Source: Synechocystis sp. PCC 6803 substr. PCC-P
GTDB taxonomy: Bacteria; Cyanobacteriota; Cyanobacteriia; Cyanobacteriales; Microcystaceae
NCBI RefSeq assembly: GCF_000284455.1
Contig: NC_017039.1
Coordinates: 600,001-632,000 of the forward strand
Reading direction: 5' to 3'
DNA length: 32,000 nt
Shown here: positions 29,500 to 32,000 of the stretch, piece by piece
Layout: each line of letters begins with the position of its first letter
Position numbering within the stretch: the first letter of the stretch is position 1
The notes under the pieces: model-generated
Told to the model about the DNA's origin: nothing
The model's input: only the letters and a program-made list of their open reading frames with translations
Databases searched by the model: none
Made by a program: the position numbers and the translations under genes

Positions 29500-30606
29500 A
29501 TGTTTCTCAAGATTTTTCAAAAGAAGAACAATATTGATGCTACCCCAGAGGCTCCGGCCCCCGAGGAACAGAATGCCAAATCTACCTTGCCTGGTGTGCC
29601 AAGGGTGCCCATTGAAGAGCAAAAGCTTCTCCGTCGTCAGTGCAAACAGTTTGTCATTGATGAATTTGGTAAGTCTGTCATTAATCTTCGTCTCCAGAAG
29701 GGCATACTAACTCCTCTACACATTGTTGATCTTCATAAGGTGGTAGTGCCCCGGGAGTATTATCAAAATCCCCAGCGTTTGATTGAGCAAAGGGTACAAG
29801 AATGTTTGGAAATCCATCGCCAAAATCTGGGACAAAAACTTTATCGAGAATCTTTTAACCTTCAGCCGGGACATCTATTAGTTGCGATTAAGGACATTCG
29901 CAAAAAATCGATTGTATCTTTCAAGGATTACGCTGATAACCTGGACAAATTTTTAGAAATTTTTAACCCCGCTATCCATCAACTGCTACTAATTCGTTAC
30001 TTCATTCCCCCAGTTCCGGATGATATGCATCAGTTTGATAATATTGAACTGCCGCCTCAATTTGAGAAAATTTTGACTGATGTGATCAACTTTTGTGACC
30101 TCAATTATAGTCTGGATAATTTGACCTACGACAAATGGCAGGCTTTAGTCCATGCCCTAGATGAGACCGGGGTTAGCCTCAATTTAGTTAATAAACACCA
30201 GGAGTATCCTTTCCGGGAGATGTTTACCTTTGACTACGGAGAAATTGGCTACCGTAAAGTGTTAGCTAAATTATTACTAAAGGAAAAAGTGGAAAAACGA
30301 ACAGTGGTAATTCCCCTATTTGTGATTATGTTAGCTTTCTTTTGTTCGGAACCCAATGCCAGAGTTAGTTTTCCCTACCATTTTCTCTTTACTGCCACGG
30401 GGGATGCTAAGAAGCGTTCCATGGAAAAAGGTAAAATATCCTTCTTTAAGCTCTTTAATCAATTGTTGGATGAATCCTTAACCCAGGATCAACTAAGCAA
30501 GTGTTTAGCTGTAATTCACAATGAAGTTTTCCAAATTCACCAAATGGAAATTGATGATTTGCTCCTCGGTTACCGGCAAAAGCACAATGCCATGAGCGGA
30601 GTTTAA
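29500..30606 (+). CDS. Conserved hypothetical protein (368 aa)
   Basis: Long ORF with ATG start after agggaagag; no family motif recognised. Confidence 0.8.
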   Translation: MFLKIFQKKNNIDATPEAPAPEEQNAKSTLPGVPRVPIEEQKLLRRQCKQFVIDEFGKSVINLRLQKGILTPLHIVDLHKVVVPREYYQNPQRLIEQRVQECLEIHRQNLGQKLYRESFNLQPGHLLVAIKDIRKKSIVSFKDYADNLDKFLEIFNPAIHQLLLIRYFIPPVPDDMHQFDNIELPPQFEKILTDVINFCDLNYSLDNLTYDKWQALVHALDETGVSLNLVNKHQEYPFREMFTFDYGEIGYRKVLAKLLLKEKVEKRTVVIPLFVIMLAFFCSEPNARVSFPYHFLFTATGDAKKRSMEKGKISFFKLFNQLLDESLTQDQLSKCLAVIHNEVFQIHQMEIDDLLLGYRQKHNAMSGV

Positions 30607-30656
30607 GTTGTTTTCCGATTAAACTTGAATGTCCAACTTGTCTTAAATTGGTCTGT

Positions 30657-31694
30657 TTAAGTAACCGAGTCGATTTCAATGCTCCCTTTGCCGTCCTTGC
30701 CATCCCCTTGGCGATCGCCGTTATTGGAGCTGTAGGGATTAGCGAATAACCTTTCCGGGTCGAGGGCATCGGGATGGGTAGAAAATTGGGGCAATACTTC
30801 CCGAATGAAAGCGGCGGAAGCCTTAGAACGGTAACGGTTAGGGTTAATGATGACGGAAAGAACCCGGCGAATTTCCACATTTTTAATCGGAGCGATATGG
30901 AGCACATTCATCTCCAATTCCTTTTCGATTGCCGTGGTGGAGACAAAGGCCGCCCCCAAACCAGACTGCACCGCATTTTTAATCGCCTCAATGGAGTTAA
31001 GTTCCATTTCAATTTTGAGACGCTTGGTATCAATTTCCCCCTGGCTCAACACCTTATCAATCACTTTGCGGATGGTGGACTGGGAATCGAGGCTAATAAA
31101 CTTGAGCTTGTATAAATCTTCTTTTTGGATAGTCTCTGCCTGGGCTAGGGGATGGAGCACCGGCAAAATCAAGGCCAATTCGTCTTCAGCGTAGGGCAAC
31201 ACGGTCAGAGTTTCCTGCAACTCCGCCGGTACTTCGCCGCCGATAATGGCCAAATCCACCTGGCCATTGGCCACGCCCCAAGCTGTCCTACGGGTGGAAT
31301 GGACCTGTAATTGCACCGTTACGTCAGGATATTGCTGCCGGAACATGCCGATCATCCGAGGTAGGAGGTAGGTGCCCGTAGTTTGGGAAGCCCCCACAAT
31401 CAGGGTGCCTCCTTGTAAATTCTGTAAATCTTCGATCGCCCGACAGGTTTCTTGGCAGAGGGTAATAATCTTTTCGCCGTAATTGAGGAGCAAATGCCCT
31501 GCCTCCGTCAACTGGGCCTTGCGTCCTCCCCGGTCGAATAGGGGCACACTCAACTGTTTTTCCAGGTTTTGCACCTGCAAACTAACCGCCGGTTGGGAAA
31601 CGTACAATGTGTCTGCCGCCCGTTTAAAACTGCCTTCCGAGGCGATCGCCTTGAGGATGCGAAGTTGATCCAGCGTGAACGGGATATCCGACAT
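30657..31694 (-). CDS. rbcR: LysR-type regulator, RbcR/Ycf30 family
   Basis: [66 protein letters not shown] matches the algal/cyanobacterial Ycf30/RbcR N-terminus; start at 31694 gives 345 aa. Confidence 0.88.
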   Translation of the reverse strand: MSDIPFTLDQLRILKAIASEGSFKRAADTLYVSQPAVSLQVQNLEKQLSVPLFDRGGRKAQLTEAGHLLLNYGEKIITLCQETCRAIEDLQNLQGGTLIVGASQTTGTYLLPRMIGMFRQQYPDVTVQLQVHSTRRTAWGVANGQVDLAIIGGEVPAELQETLTVLPYAEDELALILPVLHPLAQAETIQKEDLYKLKFISLDSQSTIRKVIDKVLSQGEIDTKRLKIEMELNSIEAIKNAVQSGLGAAFVSTTAIEKELEMNVLHIAPIKNVEIRRVLSVIINPNRYRSKASAAFIREVLPQFSTHPDALDPERLFANPYSSNNGDRQGDGKDGKGSIEIDSVT

Positions 31695-31933
31695 AGATCC
31701 AGCCAAACGATGAACAAGACAGGGACAGCCCTATTGCACTGACAGTACCACAATTAGAGCCTTTGCAACGGTATCGCCCAGGGTCTAATTCGTTAATGGG
31801 AACCTAGTTAATATCAGGACTGATCCCGCTTAAAAAAAAGTTAATCTACTATGGTCGACGCAAAAAAGAGGGCAGTTGATTCACTCCCTCCCTTTGCAAA
31901 ATCCACCAAATGGTGGTTATTAGCTTATTTTTG

Positions 31934-32000
31934 CTACTCCGCCGACCCCAGCTGGGCGCTAAAGCCTTCAGCATTAAACACCCTGGTCAAAGTGAAACTA
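31934..32000 (-). CDS. Possible C-terminal end of a gene cut by the window edge
   Basis: Minus-strand open frame ends ...SFTLTRVFNAEGFSAQLGSAE*; too short to identify. Confidence 0.35.
   Translation of the reverse strand, partial: SFTLTRVFNAEGFSAQLGSAE

Noticed and set aside
30455-30907. 150-aa minus-strand ORF spanning the slr-type gene end and rbcR 3' end
   Set aside because: Overlaps two well-supported genes out of frame; no recognisable protein features.

Overview
I recognise this window from memory as chromosome of Synechocystis sp. PCC 6803 or a near-identical strain; I could not run a search, and any locus-level statement is recall. It is mostly ordinary housekeeping sequence. On the minus strand: a type III DnaJ and DnaK3 pair, GlyA, ComEC/Rec2, a CsgG-like exported protein, a TM2 protein, an FtsI/PBP2-type transpeptidase with a small bitopic protein directly upstream, GlcF, a probable baeRF-like protein, and an RbcR/Ycf30 LysR regulator. 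On the plus strand: a GNAT protein, an SLH/OprB-type porin, a NarL-type response regulator, an AMIN/amidase_3 cell-wall hydrolase, a STAS protein, a DUF1825-like protein, two consecutive alpha/beta hydrolases, a CPP1-like protein, and an ABC1/UbiB kinase-like protein. comEC is flanked by two inverted, decayed IS1-family remnants, and a ~947 bp ISY100-like (IS630/Tc1) element sits just past its 3' end. That element has split transposase frames at a nine-A run and no canonical start codon. I see no convincing CRISPR, tRNA, rRNA or defence system. The best leads are: (a) translation-initiation regions of the porin (9 nt) and STAS (11 nt) genes that are perfectly complementary to the conserved Yfr1 sRNA motif, (b) a candidate FtsL-like protein next to ftsI, and (c) the decayed IS architecture around comEC. 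The HIP1 octamer GCGATCGC is strongly over-represented.
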